In this document: piece by piece, positions 1 through 12,699 of the stretch | Layout of the letters: each line of letters opens with the position of its first letter | How positions within the stretch are numbered: position 1 is the stretch's first letter | Source of the DNA: Azolla caroliniana | Taxonomy: Eukaryota; Plantae; Polypodiophyta | Assembly (NCBI GenBank): GCA_043228905.1 | Contig: JBHGNT010000003.1 | Span: 930,001 to 994,000 of the forward strand | Reading direction: 5' to 3' | DNA length: 64,000 bases | Notes under the pieces: model-generated | Database searches by the model: none | The model's input: the letters and a program-made list of their open reading frames with translations, nothing else | What the model was told of the DNA's origin: nothing | Program-made: the position numbers and the translations under genes

Positions 1-337
1 AAAGATGTCTATTGTTGCCATATCACACTGTGCAGTACATGTCATATATATATATATATATATATATATGCATATAAGAGGTCCTGATGATGAATCCATC
101 CTCAATTGTGTGTAAAAAATGCACCTTTTGGTGAGCCATTTTCCTAGTAAGAGATGTTAGACTTAAATTCCAATTTGGTGTGTAATTCTATACATCAATG
201 ATCTCCTATTCTTACACGAGGCTAAAGTGAGATATCTATATCTTCCCAAAAAGTAAGATGTTCACATTGGTTACACAACTTCGCATTAGGTTTCTTTGTG
301 TGCTTAAATCATTCTGATGGAACCTGTGCTTTTGCAG

Positions 338-3300
338 CTGCTGGCGCTGGTCTTACAGGTTTTAGAATGGCCAGAAGGACAGGTGGCATCGAAGAATTTG
401 GTTTTGAAGGTCTTGGAGATAATCATCAGCGAGGGGTATGCCTATGATTATTGAATTTCGTTTTACTTGTGCTTTCCTGGGGCAGTTATTTGTGACATGT
501 CTTATTGCAGCGCTTGGCAGTCGGTATTGTTATTTCGGGCTTTTTAAACAATCCTGATGATTTTACCAAACCTTGGCAAGGTTATGGCAACGACTTGGAG
601 ATGTGAGCTTCTAGAATTATTCTGGTAGATATTGTAATATGAGGCATTGTTATATCACTGTCTTCCATCTGTCGATCTATATCTACTTAAATTGGCTATC
701 TCAGTGTCCTTCAATCAGACATGCATTTATTATTTGATTTCATACTTGTTCTAGTAAAAGTGGGCATGAAATACTTATTTGATCGATCCTCAACATATTG
801 ATCATATAACTCTTTCCTTAGCTCTCTTGACTGACTGTAAAGAAAAATGCAGGATGGTGGGCCTATTAACAATTTTCTGCATCCCTTATTCAAAGCTACT
901 TTCATTAGGCAGTTATCTTAAGGCATTTGGAATCTGGATATTCTAATGCCTTGATAATAATGAAAATATCTATGCAGCTTTCTTTACAACATTAAAAGAC
1001 CTATAAAATGCTCATCTGATAAACTTCAATTGTTTACTAGTGTAACATTGTAAGCCAAGGATGAAAATTCATTATTACATTGGTTTAGGATACCATTTTG
1101 CTTAATATTTGAAGTTGACAATCAGATTAAAGACATATATTTAGTGGTATGTTTTTGAATTTGCTATTCTGTTACCAGGTATGCTGTTAGATGGGAAACA
1201 AAAAACCTTATGGCTCTCAGCACCGCTATACAAGATTGGCTTACTTCAAGTAAGTGGGTCTGTGAAATGAGCAAGAGGCAGGAGACTGAATGAATTACAT
1301 AATCTAGTAGAGCTATACAAAGCTTAAATAGAGATGGTTTTTCTCTAGTCTTTATATATAAATACAACACCTGCCATATGCAACTTTTAGTATTCTAGAG
1401 GCTCATCTTGTACTGTCCTTCATGTGTTTAACCCCATTCAAGCATTTATGGCAGCCTTACCCGACTGGTATAAAGATCCAGATTCATAGACATATGCTTA
1501 TTGATATATATATATAATCCATAATAGCTGGTGAGATCATTTTCCCACTCCTTTTAAAATCTATTTCCTATCTTAATTTGTCACTTATCCCCAGGTATAT
1601 CAAATGAATTGATGAAGCAAGGAGCTATGCTGACCGTTCTTAGCACACTTCTTAGTGCTTTGGCATGGCCATCTACCCTGTTATCTTTGACAAATCTAAT
1701 AGATAGCAAGTGGGCAGTTGCAGTTGATAGGTGTGTGCCTCAACTACATGTTCAACAAGATGCGTAACTACTTTTTAAATGTTTAATATCTATAAAAAGT
1801 TTGGTTTGTTGTCTGCATTTTGAAATTATACATTTGCAAAACTGGTTATGGGAATCTCTGGAGAAAGTTGGATTAATGTAGGATAAATGTATCTCTTGAG
1901 TAACAATCGGCAACGGTTCGGTTCGGTTTGAGAGTGTCAAAACCAAACCGTTAAAACCACAGTTTCATGGTTAGGTCAAAATTAAAATTTAAAATTTTAA
2001 AATAATTCATTATTTTAAAATTTAAATATTTTCCTAAAATGTGAGAATAAGGCTTGAAAATGAAAAGATTGTTTAAAAATAAAATAAAATAAAATATTTT
2101 TTTCAAAATTTAAAAATAAATAAATAAACCGTTAAAGCGTTTAAACCGCGGTTTCTAACTGTTGAAACCGAACCGAACTGTTTAAACCATTAAGCTGCGG
2201 TTTCGCAGTTTGGTTTGGAACCGTTGCCGACTGTTACTTTTGAGTATCTGTCTCACTTTTAAATTCCACCCATGCATGAAGCTGGAATAGGTTCTTGAAC
2301 ATCAGCAAACAGATTATAATGTTTGTCTTGAGATTAATAAGCTGGTCTATGCTGTGCATATCACCTAAATAACCAAAATTAATAGCCAAATTTCTCTAAC
2401 CCATCGTATGTCTTATTCCTTGCTAAATTGTCTCATTTGTGAACCGGCATGAGACTATGTTTCTTTTGGTGAAATGGATCCTCCATTGGGGGTCATCCTA
2501 TGTGGAATATCTTCAGAAGAGAACACCATTTCATTGATGAGATCTTTCTCTATTAAGAGATTTAGGCCACATTTACTTTGTTTACAGACTATAGGTTGAG
2601 TTTTTCATATGATTTTACTTTGTTCTCATTGATGCTGCAACTAAATCAAATGTCACAGTTTACATCTTGGCCTCGCTAAGGCATTGATATTCCTCTACTT
2701 TTTCTTTCTATGTGAAGCATAGTACGTAATATACTTGAATGCATTGGCAAACATTATTTTCCATACGAATGCAAACGAATGCGTATGTTATCAAAACATT
2801 CTTATGTTTTTTTTTACACTTTTTACCTTAACTTTCTTACCTTAAGAAAAAATTACCTTATAATAAATAATGAATACAAAATTATGGTATTTACCATACT
2901 TCGAGGGTGTTTACCATACTCAAATGATTGAAACATTTTCGAATGTGAATGCACGTATGGTATGTATGGTTCATATTATGATGTGAAGCATATATGGGTA
3001 GGTTGGCTTCTTCCTACACATAAGTTATATAATTTTAACGTGTATTGAGGCATGAAATAAAAAGGGATATTGTAAAACATTGAGACCTATGACATTGTTA
3101 CTGAGGTATGATTGATAACATGAAAAGAAAGAAGTGAGAAAAAAGAAAAAGAAAACTAGCATGACATGACATTTTTTGAGATTATTTAAATATTATAGGT
3201 CAAGAAAGGCTGGTAAACTTCTTGCTGATGTGCTTAAAAGTGGGCTGCAAGGCAATCGGTAATATATAATTTTTGCTAGATGGATATCATTGTTTTGATG

Positions 3301-4826
3301 TCATTGCCATTTAATGTATGCTTATGACAGACCAGTCACATTGATTGGATTTTCGTTGGGAGCCCGAGTTATATTTAAATGTCTAGAGAAGCTAGCCAAA
3401 AGAGGAGAAAATGGTAATAAATTCTGCCCTTTTTGCAACATCTTACAGTAATGTGTTTCATTGAATGTTTTGAAAGAATGGTATGGAAAATTTACAACCT
3501 AAATATTTGAGTGATCAGTGGCCAGTACGTATCTCAAGATACAGTATATGACATCAATCAAATAGTATGAAGTTATTAACAGCGGAGGCTTGACCCTTCG
3601 AACAAGTAGCATGGTGGGTGCAGTGTACAGGGAATCAGCCGGAAATGAAATATGTTATGTTTATCCATATTGTGTGATTTTTTAATAAGAACACAATTCA
3701 GTGAATCCCTATTTCATGGTATTGTGAAATGGTATGCCACTGTGTACAAGAATTTCTCTCAGGATGGTATCTGTATATATTATATTAAACAAATGCGGTT
3801 TTTGAAAGATCACTTAGGAAGGCCATTAAAAAATAGAAGCTGGTGTATTTTAGAGATGTTTTTTCAGGATATCTAAAATGTTATATAATAGGTGAACATA
3901 ATAGGCATTTATATTTATGTATGTGAGCAAACAAACAGACACACACATATCTTTTAGTGACATTTATGTTCTTTGAACTATGCTTTTCGTTTTCTAGCCA
4001 GCATTGTAGAACGTGTCGTGCTTCTTGGTGCTCCAATTTCAATAGACACCAGCAGATGGAAAGCTGCTCGTAAGGTGAGAACTTATATTTTTATATCCAG
4101 AGTCGGGTTTTCAAATTTACAAAAATACCAAAAAGTCTGGTGTAATATGTGTACTCTACAGATTGTTCGACTGTTTAAAACAAAATTTTCATTTTAAGTG
4201 TCACTGCTATTAGTGTCACTAGAACAGACAAGAAGTCTTATCTATAGAGCATCGTTTGTGGGATTCAGGATTTCCTAACCAGGGTCTCTGTAAACACTGC
4301 CATGTTTTCTTTGCATTATCAATATGCTTAGAGTTCATGGAAAAGTGAATTGGATTAGCTTTTAGGAGCAGTATGAGGTGCTAGTTAAATGTTTCTAATG
4401 GTATGATTGAAGCTTTTGCCAACAGGTTGTAGCAGGGAGATTTATCAATGTTTATTCAACAAATGATTGGTTACTAGCAATTGTGTACAGAGCAAGGTAT
4501 TTGCAAGAATTGATAGGAAAGATTTGACCTCTTAATAGATTTTAACATTTTTATTTATTTATCTTTTTTACTCAAAGCTTACTTTCTCAAGGATTGGCTG
4601 GAATACAGTCTGTGAATGTTCCCGGTATTGAAAATGTAAGTCTGTATAAGTCCTACTGCATTTTGTAGTCCAAGCATGTTTGCTGACATGTTAATGCTTG
4701 GATACGGTGGTTTGATAATAGGTTGATGTAACTGACACAATTAGTGGCCACTCATCCTATATGTCAAATGTTCTGAAGATTTTAGAAGCTCTAAACCTTG
4801 ACAACTACTTCCCGACACATACGTAA
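338..4826 (+). CDS. TMCO4: DUF726 / TMCO4-like alpha/beta-hydrolase-fold membrane protein (5' part lies outside the window)
   Basis: GT-AG exons at about 338-435, 511-602, 1179-1249, 1595-1730, 3199-3258, 3331-3413, 3998-4074, 4426-4496, 4578-4635 and 4722-4826 join in frame. They give AGAGLTGFRMARRTGGIEEF...YAVRWETKNL...IDSKWAVAVDRS...GNRPVTLIGFSLGARVIF (GxSxG)...VVAGRFINVYSTNDWLL...GHSSY...*, typical of DUF726. Confidence 0.9.
1901..2236. mobile_element. hAT-like MITE (family A) in a TMCO4 intron
   Basis: TIRs TAACAATCGGCAACGGTTC / GAACCGTTGCCGACTGTTA (1 mismatch). 8-bp TSD CTCTTGAG (1893-1900) / CTTTTGAG (2237-2244). Multiple subterminal AAACCG/CGGTTT motifs and an AT-rich core. Confidence 0.85.
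2718..2980. mobile_element. hAT-like MITE (family B) in a TMCO4 intron
   Basis: Ends CATAGTACG...TTCATATTATG with a perfect 8-bp TSD ATGTGAAG (2710-2717 / 2981-2988). Related copies at 54643-54843 and 56086-56231. Confidence 0.85.
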
Positions 4827-6137
4827 AGAAACGATAACTTACTGTGATACTGATGGTTGAATAGAGAAAATGATCTCCTGATGAAATTCCTTGGAAAGCA
4901 AGAAAAATCATTCTTACAATCGTATTGAATGTATAGACCAACTGCAATCTGATTTCTGCTTCAGTGATTAGCATGGACAATCTTCTCACAGAAAGCAAAA
5001 AAGCAAGAAAGCCTTGTCCCAGTTTTATGGTCATTGGTAATGTTCGACTTTTGAGTTTTCTTGGGTGCAGGGTCTTCCAAGGTATAATATAATACCTGTA
5101 TAATGGGCAATAATGTTCATTTTTGTACATGGTGGTTTGGGGAAATAGACGGTATTGATGTCAAGTAAATTGGTCTTTGGTCTTATTTCTGGTTTGGACT
5201 GTACATATTACAGTATACATGATTCATTGGGAAATGATTGAGAAAAACAAGAAAGGTACATTTTTGTAAACATTTTTTTACATTCATTTATATATATCAT
5301 TAATAGGGTTTTTCAACATCCATTTTATTGGCACTTGGACAACATTTAGTGGGTCTTTAGCAGCATGCAGCTTTGAATTGTCATTGATCTGTACGAGTGA
5401 GGTGAGGGCTAACAAATGGTCGCATTCTTAAGAAAACACTTCTACCTGATGTTTATTTTCCAGATTTTGAGGTTTCACTTTCATTTAAATATAAGTGGCA
5501 TACAAAGTCGAAATGATTATATCTATTTCTTTCATAAGTTTTCTTGAGGCTCTGCCAAAAGCATTGATTTATCAATTTTTATCCAAAATGATGGGTTTAT
5601 GAATTTCTTAACTTAACGTTTCAAAACAATCTTATGCTATTAGCACTTTTCCTTTCCACAAATTTATCTATTTACAGTTTGTGCATAAGAAGGGTGTAAC
5701 ACAACCTAATTAGAATATTAAAAGGGAAGACAAGTGATGTACAGCCTTGCTTCAAGATGGACTTGAAATAAACATATCGATAGATTGTCTTGGGTCAAAA
5801 TATAGTTCATCTATATTGTTCTTCAATGATGTTTGGATACCATGGTCCACTGACTCTGAAATGCCGGTTTATTTTTTTGAGCTCGCTGATTGAGAGAACA
5901 AGAAGCTGATGGAAATCAGTAAATGCTTGCTAAATTCATTTTATGGACATGTTTTTTAAAAATTTCCTAGTGTTATGATGGGAAAAAAACTCAAAGCAGA
6001 GAGTAGAGACTTGAGAGTATTTTGTGTAAGGGGACAAATCTTCTCTTTTTGAATCTACCATGGTCTCATTGTTCACCTCTTTGTGTGTACATCATCTTCT
6101 TGTCCCCATCTAAAATTTTAAGGGAAACAGTGAACAC

Positions 6138-6483
6138 TTTGATATACCCTTTAGTTCTTCATTATGTCCCCAAGTATATGTTATAGACATGACCAATTCA
6201 TTAACTAATTTTAATGGGTTAAGGGTAGGATAGGTAGAAAACCGATTACCGTAAGAACTCGAACAAACCCACAAGGTTTAATGACATGTGGTGGTCTAGG
6301 AATCTTCGATGTTGGGCTATATAAAGAGAAACATTTTGATCTACCCTTTCGTTCTTTATTATGTCCCCAAGTGTATGTTATAGACATGACCGATTAACTA
6401 ATTTTAATGGGTTAAGGGTAGGATAGGTAGAAAATTGATTATCTTAGAAACTCAAACAAACCCATAAGGTTTAATTACACGTG
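6138..6483. repeat. Diverged tandem duplication, period about 198 bp
   Basis: ATTATGTCCCCAAG...TTAACTAATTTTAATGGGTTAAGGGTAGGATAGGTAGAAAA...AACAAACCCA occurs twice. Confidence 0.8.
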
Positions 6484-7100
6484 CTATCCCTGTCATTAGA
6501 ACATTTTGAGTCATTGTTAAAACTTTGGTGATAGTCTGCGCTCTCTTCTACAGATATTTTATTCAACTACCAAGGTATAACATGAGGTAATATTAAGTGG
6601 CATGGGACACCAATGGTCATGCCCTTTGCTATAGGGGTGGTTAAGCACCCTCAATCCATTCTTCTCCTTAATCTCTTTCTCTTTTGTGCATCATTAGTTT
6701 GATCCATAATAATGCCCTAAATATTTTATTATTTGCCCAAAAGCTTGTGGTGGATCACCTCTCTAAAATGTCCAATTTGAGCAATCATATGGTTTTAAGA
6801 CATCCCTTTTTTTTGCTAGATTATGTGGGCTGTTTGAGCAACTATTGGTCAAAACTCTACTCTTCCATGTTTACTATCCATCTGGGGGTAATATGCAGGA
6901 TTATGAAGAACTTTAGGGGCATTCGGGGGAAATATAGGAAAACAAAAATAGGACTCTAGGAGAGCATTGAGGGATTCCTATTTATGTAGTATATTGATGG
7001 CTCGTATTCTTATATACTGTTTAATCTGTTTAATCTCTCTCTCTCTCTCTTAGATTTCCATCTTCTAGACCATCCTCCAAAGTCTTCAACTGTTTGAGCC

Positions 7101-9542
7101 ATGGAAAGCATATTATTGCCCATCAATGAAACGGCCAGGAATACGTGTATTGCTTTTCTTATAATGGTTAAACACGTCAGAGGATCCATGGGATTTCTCT
7201 GGGCAGAGCATTTCAAGGATCCTCTCGCATGGAATCAGGAAACCAGAACCCTAATCTGTAATTTTTCCTGCTTAACAAAGATTAGGGCGGGCAGATGAAT
7301 AACAAAAAATAGGATTAGGCAGGTAATGCTCACTCCTAAGTCTATTGTAGCATCGCTTAATGCTTGCTCTAAGTGGAAGGATCTATGCAAAGGTATCCAA
7401 ATACATGATCGCATTCTTAAGAAATGTTTTCTTCAGAAAGACATATATATAGGTAGTGCTTTGGTCGGTTTATATGCCAAATGTGGCTCACTCACAAGAG
7501 CACAAGAAGTATTCGAGCAACTTCCAATCCGAAATGTTGTCACTTGGAGTACCCTTATCATGGGTTACGCAAACTATGGGCACAGTATGGAGGCCATTCA
7601 TTGTTTTGAAAAGATGGGTCTAGAAGGAATCCATCCAAATGTAGTCACTTTTGTTTGCACTCTGAAAGCATGTAGTAACATCGGTGCCATTGATAAAGGC
7701 CAAGAGATACATTCTCACATTGCTAGAGGACTGGTTGATCAACACGTTTCTACTAAGAACTCATTAGTTGATATGTATGCGAAATGTGGTGAAATTGCAA
7801 AAGCACAAGAAGTGTTTGATGAGATCCTAACCCGAGATGTGATTTCCTGAACAACTTTGATGTCTGGACACACCCAACATGAAGATTGTTTGAGAGCAAT
7901 TCTTGGGCTTGATCGGATGCATTGTGAAGGAATTTGTCCAAATTCATTCACGTTTGTGTGTTTGTTGAAAACTTGTGGGAGCATAGGGTTAGTTGAGAAA
8001 AGCAAAGAAATTCATGCAAGAATTGGTGGGGATGGTTCGTTATTGGAAAGTGATGATCTGGTTGCCAGTGTGTTAGTAGATGCTTATGCAAAATGTGGAT
8101 CTCTTATGGAAGCAAGGAAGGTATTCGATATGATACAAGTCCATGATGCAGTTTCTTGGACTGCATTAATTTCAGGATATGCCCAAAACGGATTAGGTTG
8201 GGCAGCTTTGAATTGCTTTGAACATATGCAAAAGAAGGGTATCATCCCAACTGTAGTCACATTGTTTTGCATCTTAAAAGCATGTGGTAGCATTGGAGCC
8301 ATAAACAAAGGTGAAGAAATGCATACCAAGATGATAAGAGAAAACTTGTTGGAAAGCAATGTTATGCTTAGCAGTGGCCTAGTTGAAATGTATGCCAATT
8401 GTGGGTTGCTTGTAAAAGCACAAGAAGTGTTTAATTCAATCCACTCCAAGAACCTTGTCTCATGGACAGTATGAATAACTGGATATGTTCATCATGGGTA
8501 TGATGAAGAAGCATTGTTCAATTTCAAAAAAATGCAAAACGAGGGTGTTTCTCCAGATGCATTTACCTTTGTCTCTGTATTAAAATCATGTGTAAACATA
8601 GGGGTGATTCAAAATGGCAAAGCTATACACACCAAACTAATTAAAGAAGGGTCATTCGAGAAGGATTATTTGGTCGGAAACGCATTGATTGACATGTATG
8701 CAAAATGTGGTGCCCTTTTTGAAGCAGAATCGGTTTTCAATAAGATTCAAGACAGAAATGTAGGATCTTGGGGTGTCCTTATTGCTGGCTATGTTGAACA
8801 TGGATATGAGGAGAAAGCATTATGCTATTTCAAACATGGATATGATTGTCTCTTCCCGGATGCATTTACATTTCGATCCATCTTGGAAGCATGTGGTATC
8901 ATAGGAGCCATCGAAAAGGGTAAAGAAATACATTTTCTAATAATCAAGAAGGGTCTTCTAGATGAAGACATTTCAGTTGGCAATGCATTAGTGGATATGT
9001 ATGCAAAATGTGGTATCCTTGCAAAAGCGCAAGAAGTATTCAATGAGCTTGGATGGGCTCATGATGTAGTCTCGTGGACGACACTTATGACTGGATATGC
9101 TCAAATGGGAGAGGACGAAATCGTTAACGACTTATTTAACAGAATGGTATCAGAAGGTATAGAGCCAAATGTGGTCACATTTAATGTTATACTTAATGCA
9201 TGTAGTCATCAAGGTTTACTGGAGAAGGGTCAAATGTATTTTGAGATCATGAGTATGAGATATGGTGTTATACCAAGTTTAGAGCACCACACTTGCATAG
9301 TTGATCTTTTTGGCAGAGCTGGACGTTTTCAAGAGGCTGCAGGGGTGATTACAAAGTTGCCTAACTTGGATTACCTTCCGCTATGGGCATCATTGTTGGG
9401 TTCTTGTCAAAAATGGGGAAACTTGGAATTGGGAAAAGTGGCATTTGAGCATGCAATACAATTGGATGAAGGAAATGCTACAGCATACATCTACATGAGT
9501 AACATCTGTAGCATGAACCTTGAGTGTGGAAATAACTCATAA
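7101..9542 (+). pseudogene. PLS-class PPR protein with E-domain remnant; single frame interrupted by three TGA codons (probable pseudogene)
   Basis: ORFs 7101-7298, 7326-7850, 7857-8474 and 8514-9542 share one frame, with TGA at 7296-98, 7848-50 and 8472-74. Repeated MYAKCG...AQEVF...VVSW motifs. C-terminal HHTCIVDLFGRAG...WASLLGSC...AYIYMSNI (E1/E2). No DYW domain. Confidence 0.8.
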
Positions 9543-9721
9543 AATGATATATTCATGTAAGTTCGACATTCATATATGACTATTCTTTTGAAAGAGTGTG
9601 ATGAGGCCCATTGAACATGGTTCCCATACCAAAATTGATGGCTTTCTATCTTACAAGTAACTGGACCCTATTGTGACCACCACCTTCATCCTAATCAACC
9701 CTTATGATATGCCAATCAGCC

Positions 9722-10035
9722 CTTAATCTAACTGAACCATTTGATGGTCAAACTTATATTGCTTATTTTTCCTAGCTAAAGTTGTTCGAAGACTTAAGTT
9801 CCAATGGTCAAGAAGCAGGAACTGGGTCCTATCCATATATTGACTATGGGTCAAAATGGAGGTTTTGCTAATGACACCTTAATCTAAGTGGATCATTTGA
9901 TGGCCAAACTTGTAGTGATTAATTCTTAGCTAAATTTGTTTGAAGACTTGAGTTCCAATTGTCAGAATTTGAGGTCAAAAAGCAAGTATTTTATCCTATG
10001 TATATAGTGATGCTGGGTTAAAATGGAGGGTTTGA
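9722..10035. repeat. Diverged tandem duplication, period about 155 bp
   Basis: CCTTAATCTAA...CATTTGATGG.CAAACTT...GAAGACTT.AGTTCCAAT...AAAATGGAGG occurs twice. Confidence 0.6.
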
Positions 10036-10691
10036 TGAATTATTCCTTTGATTAAATTCAGTTATAGCTCAATTAAATCAAATTCTCTTGCAATATGTAT
10101 AAAGACAAACATAATTTTTTGGAAAACTAGAGTTTTAACACGATTATTTGGAGTTATCTGTAAAATCCAAAATTCGACATGGGAAATGCGAGTCTGAAAT
10201 TTGAATAGCTTATTAGAGTAGCTTTAAAGATGCATGGCACATATCATTCACCCATTTATAAAATGTTCTATTCATCGATCATCGGAAATCAGGTCAAATC
10301 AATGCATATAACCCTGCGATTGAGTGACATGAATACACCACATGCCATTCATCTAACGATATCAGAAATCTAGTTTCATACAATTCTCTGAAATCTAGTT
10401 GCATCTGGCTCTCCAATGGAGTGATGACATGTGATTGGCACAACAAATACAGACTTACTACAGAGTTTATCACACACATGATTCATGGAAGAGTGCAAGA
10501 ACGTGGATGTGTGAATGGTTGGGAATCGCCATGGCTTCTTGTGAGCCCTGGCTTCTGGTGTGTGAATGATGGAGTGCCGGTAGAATGTGTATCCAGCAGC
10601 GGTTTATTCCAGAGGCACGCTGTTATAAAGTAACATTTTTCCTTTCCATATAATAGATGGATGCAAGATCGAGAATGTTAAATCAATCGCC

Positions 10692-12699
10692 ATGGATTCT
10701 CACGATGGAAGTTCGAGCCTCTCCAAGCTTTTCCCTCAGAAGAAGAAGCGGACAGATCATAAGGTCGTCTCTAAAGTCGGTGGCATCAGCCATTCCAAAA
10801 GACCTTACCCCTCTCTCACAGAAAACAAGGAGAAGAAGAAGACGAAGAACTCTGACGCATCGCACTCTGCCAGCGCTGTTTTTAGTTCTTCTGTTTCATC
10901 TGCATCGCTAGGATCCTCCGTATCTCAGCCTCCTGCCCTCGTCTCTGCCTCTGGATTCGATCTGCACGGTTAGTGTTCCTTTGAAATCTGATCTCTGAAG
11001 AAGATAAAAAGAAATCAAATGATGTCCAAAATCGTGCTTCTGCAAATCTGGAAATATTTTCCAAAAATGAACCTTTTTACTGTGTTTTAGTCGTCTGAAA
11101 CCATAATTCATGAGCATGCTTCGTATGGTTTTGATCCTTCAGTTGTTTCTGGTTCCTATGTTGTTCTTCAATCCGACAATACAAATAAATGGCCTTTTAG
11201 ATCTTTCTTCGTTTCATCTATCACAATCCTCCAATCTAGCCTCCTAGTTTTATGTTTAAGATAAAGAACAAATGTTTACTGTTTGGTAGTCGGCGGTTGG
11301 AAATTCTAACTTGTGGCTAACATACATAGAAATGACTTACTGCCATCTCTTCAAACCATCTGTTTACAAGCTTTGATTTATTGTACTAGATGGTGCTTGT
11401 CTGGACAAAACAAGTAAAAAATTAGGGGTTCTTTACTCTTTTTCTTTATGAAGCCCTAACATCTGTTGAATAATTATATGGTGTCCCATCATGCCATCTG
11501 TTTACATGGTTTCATTCCTGATGAGCAGCATGGTTATAACTTATAACTTATAATGATAACTTTTAACAGAAAGAAAAAACCAGGTATTGATATCATTTTT
11601 TCTCTGCAACACCCTAACTAGTGGTAATATAATAGGTGATATAATAGAAGGCATCGTGGTAATGTTTTCTTTAAAGTACTGATGATGGCAAAGGATTAGG
11701 AATTTTCTGTCTTTTCGAACATTGGCACGGATTTGTATTGTTTTTCATTTTCATCAATGAGGATATGGTGCTACACTGTTTTGAGTGTACACATACATAG
11801 GCTTAGGAAACCAGGTCGACCTATGCTGAAAACCCTAACTAGTGGTGATATAACAGATGTCTTTGGACAATGTTTTCTCGAGAGTTCTAATGACAGCATG
11901 GAGTTAATATCAGAACGAGGGATTAGGGTTTCCCTGTAATTTCAACATTGCCATGGATTTGTAATTTTTTTTGTTTGCATCAATGGTTATATGCTGCCAT
12001 ACTGTTTTGAATACAATCGTAAACTTTGGACAGCAGATTGACCTATGAGTTCAGTTTGTGGACAGTGACATGTCTGTGTGGTTAAACACATTCTGTCTAT
12101 GTGGTTAACCAATCATCTGCGGTTTCATTTCATCAGAAAATGACACAAATTTATAGGAATTTGGCTGAAATTTATATCTTTCTATGTAGTATCAATGCTT
12201 TCTATAAATATTTTGACTGTTTGAGAATGAGGGCAATTTTCCCCCCAAACATTGGTGTGGATATGTATGGTTTGACAAACACTTATAGGTTGTCATGTTT
12301 ATGTAAAGGGATAGGTATTCTTCTTAAAACCTTTCTTCATATGGTCGGAGTCGCAGGGTAAGGATACTCCTTATGAAGTTTTATGGATCACCACCATGTG
12401 AAATTGCATGAATATTCTTTGATTTTTTAAGTTTTTCATTGATTTCTTGATTATTTCTGTTATGGTTTCTTAGTAAGGTCTCTGATTCAAACATACATTT
12501 TGCAGATGAACATGACGACCTTGAAGAAACACTGCGTCAATTTGATATGGATATGCGATATGGTCCTTGCATTGGGATGAGTAGGATACAAAGGTGGGAA
12601 AGAGCCCATAAAATGGGCATACATCCTCCAATCCAAGTCAGAGAAATACTAGAACGACTTAGTGGAGCTCCAGCATGTTTATGGGAAGGTAGAGTTTAA
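10692..12699 (+). CDS. POLD4: DNA polymerase delta subunit 4 (p12)
   Basis: Exon 1 at 10692-10968 (MDSHDGSSSLSKLFPQKKK...) and exon 2 at 12506-12699 encoding LRQFDMDMRYGPCIGMSRIQRWERAHKMGIHPP...CLWEGRV*, the diagnostic p12 C-terminal motif. Phase-compatible GT-AG intron. Confidence 0.93.

Noticed and set aside
7296-8474. In-frame TGA codons as selenocysteine
   Set aside because: Land plants lack Sec machinery, and the stops within PPR motifs align with Trp and Leu/Met positions, not Cys.
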